64,000 nt of DNA from NCBI RefSeq assembly GCF_001194135.2, contig NC_068997.1, forward strand, positions 55,377,139 through 55,441,138, written 5' to 3'. The notes under the pieces were generated by a model. It ran no database searches. It had not been told where the DNA came from and saw only the letters and a list, made by a program, of their open reading frames with translations. Of this stretch, positions 38,937-52,780 are shown in pieces; position 1 is the first letter of the stretch, and the number at the start of each line of letters is the position of its first letter. A program made the position numbers and the translations under genes. The stretch comes from Octopus bimaculoides. Its lineage: Eukaryota.

Positions 38937-39561
38937 AAGTCAGTAAATAGTGAGGTTGTGTTAACCGCACGTGGAGAAATAACACGAAAATGAAAAAAAA
39001 GGCAGAATGCTAAACTGGAAGCATATTTTAATAAAGATTTCTAACCAGTTTTCATTGTGAAAGCAAATTATCAAGAAGAAGGAGAATGAAAATGTTTTTT
39101 ACAAAGAAGTACAAAATGAAGTGTGTGTAAGGGGAAACAAATGTTTTTAGTTGGAGAACTCCAACTAAAAACATTTGTCTCCCCTTACACACACTTCCTG
39201 TTTTGACAACACATTTCCTGCTTAACACAAACTTTTAACCCTTTTTTTAAACCTAACAAAACTCTCAACTCTCATGCATCCTTATTTTTCCTACCATTAT
39301 ATACATGAACTACTATTGAACTTCAAAAGCTCAAAGACAATATAATGTATGGGTATATTTATTTTTTTATATATTATTTTTTTTATATATTATTTTTTTT
39401 ATATATTATTTTTTTTATATATTATTTTCTTCATTTTGTACTTCTTTTTAAAAAAACATTTTCATTCTCCTTCTTGATAATTTGCTTTCGCAATGAAAAC
39501 CGGTTAGAAATCTTTATTAAAATATGCTTCCAGTTTAGCATTCTGCCTTTTTTTCATTTTC
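38937..39561. mobile_element. Fold-back element between (TA)n tracts, probably Penelope-like
   Basis: 38986-39121 is the reverse complement of 39429-39561. Central 38-bp hairpin at 39119-39196. Degenerate hammerhead-like motif at 39471-39509. Confidence 0.6.
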
Positions 39562-39571
39562 CTATATATAT

Positions 39572-39608
<37 letters not shown>

Positions 39609-40674
39609 CACCACACATATATAATAATAATAATAATAAAAAGCAACAACAAAGTTAAGAATATAGATTTCTTACATTGTTCAGTAATATTGTTGTAGAA
39701 GCTGGTAACAGTTGCAGGCTGATGGATCAAGAATGTTAGGGGAAAAGTGAGTGCCAAGACATGATATCACACCATTAAGTTCATAGTTTGTGACACACAC
39801 ATAAACACAGGTATGCTGTGTTACTCATGCAGACATACTTTGACCAAGCATTGCAGCATTAGCAAATATATGGAGTTATATCTATAGAAAATTAACCTTG
39901 TGAAATTGAACCCACAAAGCCCTTTTTTGGCAACTTGGGATAAGGACGATTAAAATAAGAGTTTATCATGATCTGCTCATCCGTCTCTTTCAAATTTCAA
40001 ATGTGAAACAACAGAAAGTTATTTGCTAAAACTGTTAACAAAATTGTGGCAAATACAAAGTTTTATTTTAGAAATGATTGTAATACAATAATTTGTTGAA
40101 ATGTGTAATTTTGGATTCTGATAGCAGATTTACTTCCCTAAAAGCATTGAAAGACATCTCATTTTCTAAGTATTAAAAGAAAATTGGATTTTAAAATTTA
40201 TGTTTGAAAATAAATATCTTGTTACTTTCGTTTTTGTTGTTTCTAGCTTTTGTTCTTTTTAATTCCCCAAACAGTTATGTCAAGTTAATAATGTTAAAAC
40301 ACTGAATGTGTAGATTTGAGAAATATTTAAACACACACATGCACACACACACACATATTTATATCTATACACACACATATACAACGAACCAATATAAATA
40401 TTTTTGTGAGAATTTTCATTTTATGTTGTTTTACAAATTAGATTTTGGTAAAATCATTACATGATTTCCTCCACTAAATTCATGAAAAGGGGATTATATT
40501 TTTGCTGTCAAACATATATTCGATTTGACTTTTTTAAATTTCCCCAGAGAAAAAAAAAATCGGAATGGGTTTCTTTTTTTATCAGCAAAGAATTTTGTTC
40601 AAAAATACTTTTCTATTTGAGTAAATGAAGATCATAGAAACATCTACAATAAAAATGAAAGTCTGTTTATAAAG

Positions 40675-40762
40675 GTGATGAGAGAAGTGACTCAGAAATC
40701 GATTATTCATTTCTTATTGCGGACACTGCTATGTCTATGGCCAAAAGGTTTAATTCTACAAG
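40675..40762 (+). CDS. Candidate internal coding exon, unknown protein (DERSDSEIDYSFLIADTAMSMAKRFNST)
   Basis: AG/GT-bounded 88-nt GC-richer island, open in phase 1 to 2. Splice sites are moderate; no homology recognised. Confidence 0.25.
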
Positions 40763-41515
40763 GTTTGTTTAACCTAGACATAAGTAAATAGCTGTTGTTG
40801 TTGTTCTTAAAAAGTCATCCTAGGTCAGCCCTGAATGAATAAATCTATGAAACTATTATGAACACAAAGTGTTGTCCTGATGACATCCTAAATTCTGTGG
40901 GTGTGCAGTGGGATGGAATTCTGATGAAATGTGTTATCAGAGTGATTGGAAAATCTGAGAATGTTCAGCTGGATGTTGATGGTGGCAGTTAATATTCTTT
41001 AGAAAACAAACTCACTTAGCATGAGCTGAAGCACCTTAGAAAAAAAAGGAGACAAATTCTTTATCCAAAAGTAATTAAAATTTCATTTGCTGCAATAATA
41101 TCTGAATGATTTGTATCATGTTGGAAAGACATAAATAATAGATTTTGGAGATGGGGAAATCTTAAACTGAAGATCAAATCCTAATGTGGCAGATATTTGT
41201 AGAAACTACAAGAATGGTCATTCAAGCCATGTTGCCAGTGACCAGGTCACAGATGTTCCATGAAAATCTAGACACATTATCATCATCACCATCTAATATC
41301 CATTAAATGATGATGATAACATTAAGAAATAAATAAAAAGAGGAAATTAATAGCTTTTTAGGTTTCAAAATAATTAAAATTAGCCTTCATTGATATAATT
41401 GCTCATATTTGCACTTTTAACCGTTTTGGTATCAACCCGGCTGAAACCAGCTCGGGCTCTGTAGTTCAAATGTCTTGTTTCCAAAAGTTCTGAATTAAAA
41501 TCTTCCTCCAAACCT

Positions 41516-41878
41516 TTATTTCAGTCATTAGACTGTAGCCATGCTGGGGCACCACTTTGAAGAATTTTTTAGATGAAGGAATTGACTCCTACACTCAATT
41601 GTTTTTAAGATTGTACTTATCCTATTGGTCTCTTTTGCTGAACTGCTAAGTTATAGGGACATAAACATACCAACACCAGTTGTCAAGTGGTGGTGGGGCA
41701 CAAAAACACACACTCTCTCTCACACACACACACACATATGTATGATGGGCTTCTTTCAGTTTTCATCTACCAAATCTACTCACAAGGCTTTGGTTGGCCA
41801 AAAGACACTTGCCCAAGGTGTGACTGAACTCAGAACCATGTGGTTGGGAAGCAAACTTCTTACCACATGGCCATGCCT
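41516..41878 (-). mobile_element. SINE family A, full length, interrupting a piggyBac-type MITE fragment (about 41417-41515)
   Basis: Same body as 29172. Preceded by ttaaccgttttggtatcaacccggctgaaacc, related to 43344-43560. Confidence 0.85.
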
Positions 41879-42394
41879 CTACCTATCCATACAGCTACAC
41901 CTGTGCCTATTCATAATAAAGAACATTTATTCAAATTGCAGATTTTCTGCTACAACAAGAAATCTTAATACTCCAATTAATTACTGTAAAAATGTCAGTT
42001 AATTAATGTTTAGTCTTCTTATGCAATTTAAGTGTTTTTTGTCTTCTTGTGTATTTTATTTATGTTGGATCGTCTTCACAATAAAAAGAAACAAAACTAA
42101 ATGCTTATAATATTTGCTGCTGAGCCCAGGGTCAGCCTTTATCTAGCAGAGATATAACCAATGGCATTCTAGTTGTGAACAACCCAACTAGGGCTGTAGC
42201 ATTCCATGTGCCTTCTACTTTTAAGATGCTAAGGTTTGATTTTCAGATTTTATTTCTATTTCTAAAAAGCTGATTAACTATCCATTATTAATGTTAGCTC
42301 TTGATAGTGATGATGATGATGGTGAAAAGAGGAAGGACGTTAGTTATTAATTAATAGTTAATTGTTATTTTATGTTTTTGAATTTGCTGGTAAC

Positions 42395-42733
42395 TATTCC
42401 CTTCTACTACAAGCACAAAACTTGAACTTTTGGGGCCAGTTGATTATATCAACCCAGTACGCAACTGGTACTTAATTTATTGATCCTGAAAGGATGAAAG
42501 GCAAAGTCAACCTTGGTGGAATTTGAACTCAGAACATAAAAACAGAAGAAATACCGTTAAGCATTTCGTCCAGCTTGCTGCCTTATATTGGTCCCCAGTG
42601 CACAACTGGTACTTATTTTATTGGCCCCGAAAAGATGAAAGGCAAAGAATTTGAACTCAGAATGTAAAGATGGATGAAATGCCTCTAAGCATTTTGTCTG
42701 GCACATTAACAATTCTACCAGCTCGTTACCTTT
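42395..42733 (-). mobile_element. Two tandem SINE family B copies
   Basis: The core caactggtactta...gatgaaaggcaaag...gaatttgaactcagaa occurs twice. Confidence 0.85.
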
Positions 42734-43027
42734 AATTTGCTATTAATAAAGTACTAAACTAACTCACCAAATGTACAAATATAAACTTTTAGAAGTTAAA
42801 AACAAAAGTTATTAAAGAGCTGTTAAATAATAAAAGAAATATCAACTTTATATTGAACATGTATGAAAAAATTCATTCATTAATGTTTTTAAAATTATGA
42901 TGAAATTATTTATAATTGTTATTAATTCAAGCAATTTTTTAAAAATTATATTTCTCTAATTTTTCTCCAATTTTTTATTCTGTTGCCAAATATATATGAT
43001 AATTATAAATGCAATAAATTCATATAA

Positions 43028-43081
<54 letters not shown>

Positions 43082-43343
43082 TAGCTAAAGTTGGTTTAAT
43101 TAATAGAGTGTAATTGCTACTTCCTCATCAACCATGTTACACATCACTACATTTGGACCCTGAGTGCATGTTCTGCTGTTAATTATAGCAGTTGGTTACA
43201 GGTAATAATTACAATTAATGTTTATGTTTATGCAGTGCTTGCTGAACCTTCATTGAAGACTTCCTTTCTTGTATGAGGATTAAGAAAACTATAACTGAAC
43301 TGACTCTTAATGCATTAAGTCTTTGCCAGATGAACTGATTTAA

Positions 43344-43560
43344 CCCTTTCCATAACCTGTCTGAGACTGCTTCTGGTTCTTGGATACAATACTTCCTGTT
43401 TTAAAGTGATCTGTATTAAAAATCTTCCATTAAAATATTTTAATTTAGGATTTAAATGCCAGCTTAATTATGACAAAGTTTATTTTACTAAACTCTTCAT
43501 TGTTTACAGAATCAACTGGAACAAAATAAGCCAATTCCAATAGAGATACGGCAACAAAGT
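43344..43560 (+). mobile_element. piggyBac-type MITE (second family)
   Basis: TTAA|CCCTTT left end and TTAA at the right end with a degenerate TIR. Confidence 0.6.
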
Positions 43561-45012
43561 TTAAGACTTTCACTCTGGTTTCATAATTCTTCAGTGTATT
43601 CTTTCATTACACCTAAGTTGTCTCAAATCAGCTGCCTACAGTTGTATCAGTTCTTTAATTTTACTGTTAATATTCCAATATACTTCTTATACATAACTTT
43701 CTTTTAGAAATCAAACATGAAGAAGATACGATTTGCTCAGGATAAGCAGACTCTAAGGATTCCTTTAGATGATGCAAAACTTAAATAATTATATCTAAAG
43801 AAAACAAGCTGCCATGTATATAATATCTGTGCAATTATATTATCTTGTAAATATTTAATACATTCTACAACTATTTCATTATTCAATCTAGTTTTATCTT
43901 GAAACATAGAATTTCAAGCAAATGATAGAAATATCTGTTTCAATTGATTTTCATATTGCTTGAAGGCTAAGTCTATAAACTGACATTTTAGAGTAGAATC
44001 ACTTTCAGTCACAGACTCAAACTATTGGCTTCTGATTGGATTTATTTCAACAAAGTTGTACTATGTGAAAACAGTTTTATTTTTCCATATGGTCAACTAA
44101 TTTTCTCTCAGCTTTTCAAAGTTTTTCTCTTTCTTCTCATATTGTCATTTCTACTTCATTTGTCATTTCCTTCCTCCCAGCTGTGCATTTTTAGGTTATA
44201 TTTTATATCTAGTAAGACACCATCATCATCACCATCATCGTTTAACGTCTGTTTTCCATGCTGGCATGGGTTGGACAGTTTGACTGGAGCTGGTAAGGCC
44301 ATGAGCCACACCAGGCTCCATTGTCTTTAAAGTTGCCAGCAGGTGACTACAAAGAATTGAACCCTGTACTTTTCAGATACCAGCTGAGCACTTTGTACCA
44401 TTAGGTTATGTGGCCCCTAACATCATATTTGTAAATATTTCAGTGGGTCTTATTTTTCTAACTCAGTCCCACAATAGTTAAATAGAATTTTAAGACATAC
44501 ATATGTTTACTTGAACCCTACCTCACTCATGTTTGATTATACCCACAAACATATGGCTACAGCAAGTTTTATAGATGCTAAATATATTAAATGTATAATA
44601 ACAATTAAAATAAATACAGCTGGATGTTTGTCAAAGAAACCAACGCTTCCAAGCAGTAAGACACACTGTACTTTAGAAAGACACACCAATTTGCAGTGAT
44701 ATTTATCTGTGAGCTGTGTTTAAATGATAGACTTGTTTCTTAAAGTGTCTCTAAAACAACATTTGATATCCTTCTCTGCATCTGAATCCATTATCTTAAC
44801 TTCTCATCAATGAAAAACAGCATTCAGTGAATACAAAATAACAATGATTTAATAATGAATGAAATTAGCTTATGCTGCTGCTTCATCATCATCATCATCA
44901 TCATCGTCGTTTAACATCTGCTTTCCATGCTAGCATGGGTTGGACGATTTGACTGAGGACTGGCGAACCAAATGGCTGCACTGGCTCCAATCTTATCTGG
45001 CAGAGTTTCTAC

Positions 45013-45186
45013 AACATCAAAAAATACCTTAGGAATGAGAACCCTGGTTCAAAATTTCCCCAAGACACCTGATGAAGGCTGGAGGGTATATCAGCTGAAA
45101 CATGTTAACAACAAACAAGATGACCATCAATATCCATCAAATGTAAATAACATATATAATTCCTCATCTCTTAAATATAGAACTGT
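45013..45186 (+). mobile_element. 5'-truncated second copy of the hammerhead-tailed SINE
   Basis: aacatc-aaaaataccttaggaatgagaacc...cctcatctcttaaatatagaactgta aligns with 37783-37925 and with the inverted arm at 37549-37660. Confidence 0.9.
45064..45106 (+). ncRNA. Hammerhead motif with intact catalytic core but lost stem I 3' arm
   Basis: GACAC-CTGATGA-A-GGCTG[10 nt]CAGCT-GAAAC-ATGTT. Confidence 0.65.
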
Positions 45187-45863
45187 ATTAACTACATTAT
45201 CAAAGACAATCATATCTTTGCACAGGTTTTGTCATTCATACATATAAAATAGGAAGGGACTCGAGACAGATAGTTTCACCATTTTTGGAATAAGGTATAG
45301 AAATTGCATACATCAGCATCAGGCAGTTTGTAATGAATACTTTTTCCTGAGTAAAGCAATATCTTTTAGATCAAAGACATCATATTCAATTTGTTTTTAC
45401 GTCCCTCTAATGAGGCAGTTTACTCTTCCAGTCATTAGTCTGTGATCTGAATCATTAACTCAGCAAAATACATTTTTTATTACATTATAGCTCCACCTCC
45501 ATCAATTAACAATCAACTTATATATCAACCTCAAGTTGCAATGGAAGCCTAGTTTCCTATCAAGATGCTCTACTTATTTATTAACTCAAATATCTTCTGA
45601 CTGGGAATACCCAGATGCTATCATATACGCATTTCTTCATTTAGAAACTCCACATTTATATCAAATCTAAATTTATTTTCTTTAAATTCATGATCTTCTC
45701 TCACAGTAGTTTCTCTTCGACAGTTGACATGAAGACATTAATCATATTCACATCCAAGCAGCTATAATTCAAAATAACTTTTCTGGTTCTGAGTTTCAAA
45801 GAAATGTTCCACTGTAATCTAGATCATATATTTTGCTATGAGAATCTCTTTCCTTCCCTTTCC

Positions 45864-45981
<118 letters not shown>

Positions 45982-48900
45982 CACAAACATATATATACAT
46001 AGGCACATACACACATTATGTATTTATATACACACACGCAAATACATAGGATAATATCTGTAAACTTTCCATTTTTGTCTCTGGCATTTCTTTGCATTCT
46101 AATTCTGCCATCAATTTTCTTAATGTTTTCTTCCAATTTCTAAATTGTCTCTTCAAGCTTCAAATTTACTTTTCACTTCATTCTCTATAATTTCCCCCAA
46201 TTAAATTAGAATGAAGTAAGAATGTGATAGGAAGTCACTGATGGGAAGAAAATGACAAAGTGATTGAATATCTTGGCAACAACGTTAAGCAATTAAACTC
46301 TTTCTAATTAATACTCTACTATTTATTCCTTAGCAACACAAGATTTTTTCCCCCCTCAGCACTATAACGTTCAAAATGTATGCTACAAGTATTTGGCTGA
46401 TATAAGCTTGACAGGTGTTGAAACTCATTAAAAATTGATTGTCAATTTATAATGCTTAATGAAATTACTTATACAAAAATATGAGCTAATACATATTTTT
46501 TGACAAATCTTTCAAAAAAATTTAATTTAGCATGTATTTCATATAATTTTTAATTAATTGAAATATTTTCCAAAAATCACTAATGAAATATGAGGGCAAT
46601 CATAACATCTCACCTGAATCTAAAAAAATATAATTCAAGATAAAAATATCTGGTCTAGGGGACTAAATGAAAATGATATTTTTATCACATTTTCAGATAT
46701 TTCGAATACTTTTACTTCTGAGTGAGTTCACTAACTTTTATAAATATTCCACATTGCTGGGGTTTACAAACAATGATTCTTTTTTTTCTTTAGACATCCA
46801 TTAATTTCCCCTGCAAGATATTAAAAATTTGAGCATCTTGGAAATTCTCTTTGGTAACCTTATACACTTAAAACTTTATTAACTCAGGCTAATTATAGCC
46901 TGTTTAGGACTTATTCCTTCATCGAAATTGTTTTGATTGGCTCAGTTTGATCACATGACCCAATATGATCTGGTATTTGAGAAGTCAACAGAGCAACACT
47001 TAGTGTCCATATCGATCTCACCAATGAACTCTTTTACTGAACAGCTGCCCTGCCAATGTCTGTCTGTCTGTCTACCCACCTACATACACACACACATACA
47101 TGCATATATACAAACCCACATACACACACATGCAAACATATATATCCCCATACCCAAGTGTCCATAGTAACAAATTATTAATGAGTTCATGCTTAGTTCT
47201 CCAATAATGTCCTACAAAACATATCTCCTTCCCTCTAATAACATCGCTGATTGCAAGAAAACCATTGTACCATCTTTGACAAGTTACTTTTTCCCATGTA
47301 ATGATGCACATTCACACACACACACACACACAGATGTAAGTCCCATCTAGCCTTACCCTCCGCCCGTCCCCCCAGTCCATTGGTTAATGTAGGCTCCATG
47401 ATTCCATAATAGTACAGGAGAAGTTTCTCTTATGTTTATCTGGAAGTGATTTACACCAAGATAATTGTGACGACATCAAGTACAATCCAAACTTTCACAA
47501 AACATATTTTACATCTTTTTGCAAAGTTACCTCTTCACAGATATTATTCCTAGAAGAGACATTATATTGTTTGGCTAATAGCCATGTTAGGAACCATAGT
47601 GTACACCAATTAATGCTGTTTAATCATGCCATGACGAAGATGTTACTTATCTCAATTAAAGAAATAATCACCTGTATTGATTAAAGAATTTCAACATTAA
47701 ATGGTCTGCTTTAGCAAGTATCTCTTAACCTTCTAGAGTTACATCGCTGCAACTTGAACATGTATTTCTCTTTTATTCTCATAATAATAATAACAATGAT
47801 GATGATGATGTAATTAATGGCAGTTCTACTATGGTTACTTTCGTATGTATTCTTTCACCTATATATATTATCTATTGAAATCTCTTTAGTGACTAATTAT
47901 CTAAAATCAATTACTTTATGTTCTACTTTTCAAACCATTCTGTTTGTCCTGAATCAATGACCTAAATAAGTCAATAACAAAATATATTTTTATGTCATTC
48001 TTTAATTTGAACATTTTTTTGTTTCTTACTTATTCTGCTTCCTGAGTATCAAATATGCATGTTTTTATTGTAAAATAGAGTGTTTCCAGGTTTAAACATG
48101 CATGCACTTATAGTCTACTGTAATCAGTGAAATACATTTATTATTTAAGTGCTCATTAATAAACAAAAGTTATATTGTTGTTGTTTTTACTTTTCTAGCT
48201 AAATTATCGAAAAGTGTCTATTTTAAGTCATTAATCATTTGTTTCTTTCAATCAGAAAAAATCTATTATCAAACTACATCAATTTAAAGAAGTCATTTTC
48301 AGAAAAACTTCTGATAACTAGGAAGCAGCCATTTAATGCTATATATTGCTTTTAAATGAGCAGGAAAATGGACATTCTTTTGGCATCATTGAATATTTGA
48401 AAGTCATGCAGTAAAAGAACCACCGTAATCATCATCAGGAGAATCAGTAAGAGAATCATTAATGGCCTATTTAGAATGAATAATTGTGTGATATTTATTA
48501 TTCTTTGTGATTTTCAGTTTATAGAATTCTTGTCTTCTGTTCCTTTTTCTTTGTAATTATATTTCATCAAACAATGGTGATGGTCATGAGTGGTTAGCAT
48601 TACATGCTTTCATGTCATTTGTGGCTATGGTGTTGGCATCAGTTTCGCTGTTGTTATTAGCAATGAGCCAATGAGCGTACCACAAGACAATGAGGGCGTC
48701 TGTATGCTCACTCTATTACAAATAGCAGCCAAATTTCTCTCAAATTACACTTTACCATTTTAAATAATGAATGGCATGATGCTCTATATGGAAGACTATT
48801 TGGTCGTGGCTGAAGTATTTTAGCTCAATCAAGGTTGACCCAGGGCTAAGCATTATCATCCTCATCATCAACAAAGTATCCAATTTTAAAATAAATAAAG

Positions 48901-51900
48901 TGTTTTAAAACATATGGGTAGCATTCTATAGTTAAATCACATGAAGTAGCTTTTGCCCTTCATTTGTATCGTTGAGTCTCCCAGAGAAACGTATTAACTC
49001 TACCAACTTATCATTTCCTGATAATTTTAGACCTCAGGCTTGGCAAAGGGAAGAAAAATAAACAAACAGGAAGCTCATAGGAGTGTTTCTGCATGGAAAT
49101 GCCTTTATGGAGTCATAACAAGCCACATCTGGAAACAGATATCTTATATAAAAAGAAATTTAAACGGATTTAATTAATAATGTTAATTAAAATATTCTGG
49201 TAAAGATAAATCAAATTCAGCATAATGAAGTGACTCGATGCCTCGTTTGCAGCAGCAAATTTCTATTTTAATCCTATCTTTCCCTCTTGTTCAGCCAAAT
49301 TAAATTTATTTTCCATTTTGAGAATGTTGTTGTTTAGAACTAGAACAGTACTAAATAAACAGACACTCCAACCATGACTATCCTGTTTTGCAGATCTAGG
49401 ACTACATTCTCCCATGTGTCCTTTTTTTATTAATAAGGATGGTGTAATTTATGGAAGATTTGGCTGCTATTTTTAGCAGGTTGATCAATCAAACAGATCC
49501 ATTATTGATTTGATAGTTAAAATGCTGACATAATAATTAGAGATGAGTTCAATGTACAGTACTCTCTACAGAAACAGTTATACCTTGTTGAAATAAGCTA
49601 ATATTATTAAGTTTATTGTCAGGTGTCGAATGAAATGAAAATTTGACTCAATTAATTGTTAAAGTTAATTAAAATCAGTTGTGTTATTAGCCTTGCTCTT
49701 CAAAGGGATTATTAAATGATATATCAAGAAATAGAGTGACAGCCTCATATTAAAGAAGTATGAAAGGTAACAGGAGCACACATCAGCTAGAATAGGTTAA
49801 GATTGTAAAACTGCTCATAGAGAGGCAACACCACACTGACTGGCCAGCATTTGTCATTGGACCAAGAATTCTCTTAAGGTTCATAGGGTTTGGATGAAAA
49901 CTGAGACATTGGTATGAGCAAGGGATCTAGTCACATCATGAAATGGACCAAGAGGCATCTATTACTGAAAGCTGGAACAGAAATGACAAATGCTTACATC
50001 CATAAACTATTACTACCTGAATGTCTGGCCTCGTGTTGGACTGCATCTGACTTGGTTGAAATGCTTTTTGTGGAAAAGATGGGTTCCACAGTTCAGAAAT
50101 GTCAACTGTAACTACCAACACTCTCTGCAAAGATGTCTTTGGACAATGTGGCTAATGATGCAAATCTACAGAGACACTAAGTAGATGTAGTTATCTAATC
50201 ATTAGGTACAGCTCTCCATAGTGTTTTTCCAGTAATAAAAAGATGAATGTCAAAGACAGAATACCAAATGAAGTGTATAAAGCAGTAAACTGAAGTTATT
50301 CTTAACCGACAAAGAAAATGACACTAAATCTTTTCCCACTGCTTGGTTAGAAATTACCATTGGAATTATTATAAAATGGTTTCATTAATTTGCTGCCTTC
50401 TACTCAAAATTACTTTTAACTGCAGAACTCAGTTATAGACTCAGACACTCTCAGTCATCGAAATCCACTTTGCTATTGGATCCAGAACATGGCTGGAATT
50501 ACAAGAAAAGACATGGAGAGCAAATATTGATATTAAATCTGAAATGGAGTTCTTAAGGCAATTTCATACTATTCACAGCATCATTCTGGTAATGTCTACA
50601 GCAATGCTCATACCAAACTGTCATGTATAAATCTCATGTGATATAATAAAAAAAAAAATTCATCTTGGAGTAAAATAGATTTGTCAGACTGCAGATGTCG
50701 GTCTGTTGCAATCCTTGCTGAGTATCATCCTATCATCTGTCTCTGTCTCTCTCACTCTCTCAAATTGTAAATACTACTAAAAAAAGTGACTGAACTAATT
50801 GCCAACAGAGAAATAAAACATGATCAGGAGAAATACTATCACCAAGAAATACTGGAATCTATCCACAAATAATTTTACCTATTCAGAGAAGATACATTCC
50901 TGGTAATTAAATGAGCGTGATGGTAGTTTGCTTGGAAAATAACAACTACCACTATAACTATTATATATATAAATGTTTGCACATACACATATATATTCAC
51001 ACACACACGCAAAACTCTGTGTATGTGTGTGTTGGTGAGTGTGTAATAAGAAATTATAAAGAAAAAAATTGCAGATAAAAGCAAAAATGTGAATGCCCTG
51101 TGTGTGTAGTTATTAATGTAGATCTTTCTTCTGCTAATAAACATTGATGGTGGATTCCCTTTATCCAAACATTGATTATCTGCAGTGCATGTAATTTAGA
51201 ATATTGTTTGAGTAATTACATACATATTTATAATTAACTATGCATTTACCAATAGAATAACTTCCACAATTGGCAATATCTTTGTGCTCATTCAACTAAT
51301 TACTTCAACATCAGTGAATTTAATTCAACAGTCACCTGCCATAAAGATCAATAGATGATTTTCTGAAGAGGATATGGACACCAACCGCTATTACAGCCTA
51401 TCTATATTCATTGATATGAATATGAAATTTGTTTTTAATAGGTTTTGTAAACTAACAAACAGTGTTCATGGTGTATGTTTTATATCCAGGTTGCTGCCTC
51501 GAATGCAACTAATCTGTCAACGTATCCATCTTGCATCAGCATTTTTCAAATAATTATTTCACAACTTGGTTGTAATTCTTAGTAGATGCTATTTAGTTCC
51601 TCTTGTATTGCTAAAACCCTTGAGAAATATTAATCTTATGTAGCAAAGATTATTATCAATAGACAAGCACAGATATTAGTAAAAATACAAAATAGTGCCA
51701 TCTATCAACAAGATAAAATGTCATGTCTTTTGTTTCAGTGTTAAAGTTCTTTTGTCTCTGATTTTTTTGTCTGAAACAAAAAATTATTTCTTCAGGGTAC
51801 ATCTTGAAATGCATGCTTAAAGATTTTATTAATCATTCTGGCATCATTAATGGCCCAAAGCTCTTAAAGAATCAGAAAGCAGAGTGGACAATTCAAGTGC

Positions 51901-52313
51901 CTACAATGTCTGATTTAATTAGAATTGTTATTTTATATTGTTCATCAATAAATAGGTTAAACAGTTTAAACAGGAAAGGTGCAGGATCAATATTCATCAA
52001 AAAATCCATTCCCTTTAAGTGACTATTTATTAACCACAGGTATTAACAAAAATTACTCACACAACATGTAAGCAGACAAGTTGAAAATGTATAAACATAT
52101 ATGCACATTTAATTTCACCATGCAAATAGGCACCATGGTTTAACAAGACTCTCTCTCGCCCTCACACCCAGCTTTCTCTGCAGGTAATTAATGTTCATCG
52201 ATAACAGATGTGATGATATACAGATAAGAAAACATGGTGACTATTATTCCTTGCGTTATTCCTAAGCAGTTGTATATCACTCTCCCCCTCTCCCCATCTC
52301 TTTCTCTCTGTAG

Positions 52314-52444
52314 AACAAATGAAGACTACACTTTCGATGAGAATGACCGGGCTAAAACTTGTTTGAGTTTTGGATCAGTTCATTCAGTAACGATTGATCT
52401 GTGGCTTAATCATAGATATGATTGGGGTTTACATCCACCATGGG
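52314..52444 (+). CDS. Candidate internal coding exon, unknown protein (TNEDYTFDENDRAKTCLSFGSVHSVTIDLWLNHRYDWGLHPPW)
   Basis: Long pyrimidine tract ending ctctgtag, 43 open codons, weak donor G|gtacaa. No homology recognised. Confidence 0.3.
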
Positions 52445-52619
52445 GTACAAAAAAAGATGTGTTTATTAGACAACTGTTAATTATAATGTGAAAGGGGAAG
52501 TAAGAAAACCGAAAGATGTAATCTTTGTCATCACTAAATCTTACAAAAACTAGGAATCAAAGAATACACATTTCTATAAACATGCTGGAGAACTAAAAAC
52601 AAACAAAATGTAAATATCA

Positions 52620-52780
52620 TCATCATCATCATCAGTTCTACATCCTACTTCCATGCTGGCATGGGTTAGACAGTTTGATGAAATTAATGGGTCCAAAGAC
52701 TGTCATGCTACAATGTGTGCTTCAGCACAGTTTCTACAGCTGGATACCATTCCTAATGCCAACCACTCTACAATGTACAC
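52620..52780 (-). mobile_element. Repeat family E
   Basis: (CAT)n tail, ttccatgctggcatgggtt, tttctacagctggataccattcctaatgccaaccactc. Confidence 0.8.

Noticed and set aside
49914-50184. Three overlapping 64-65 aa ORFs, one with an RPDI motif
   Set aside because: Too little motif context to assign to an RLE or RT domain.
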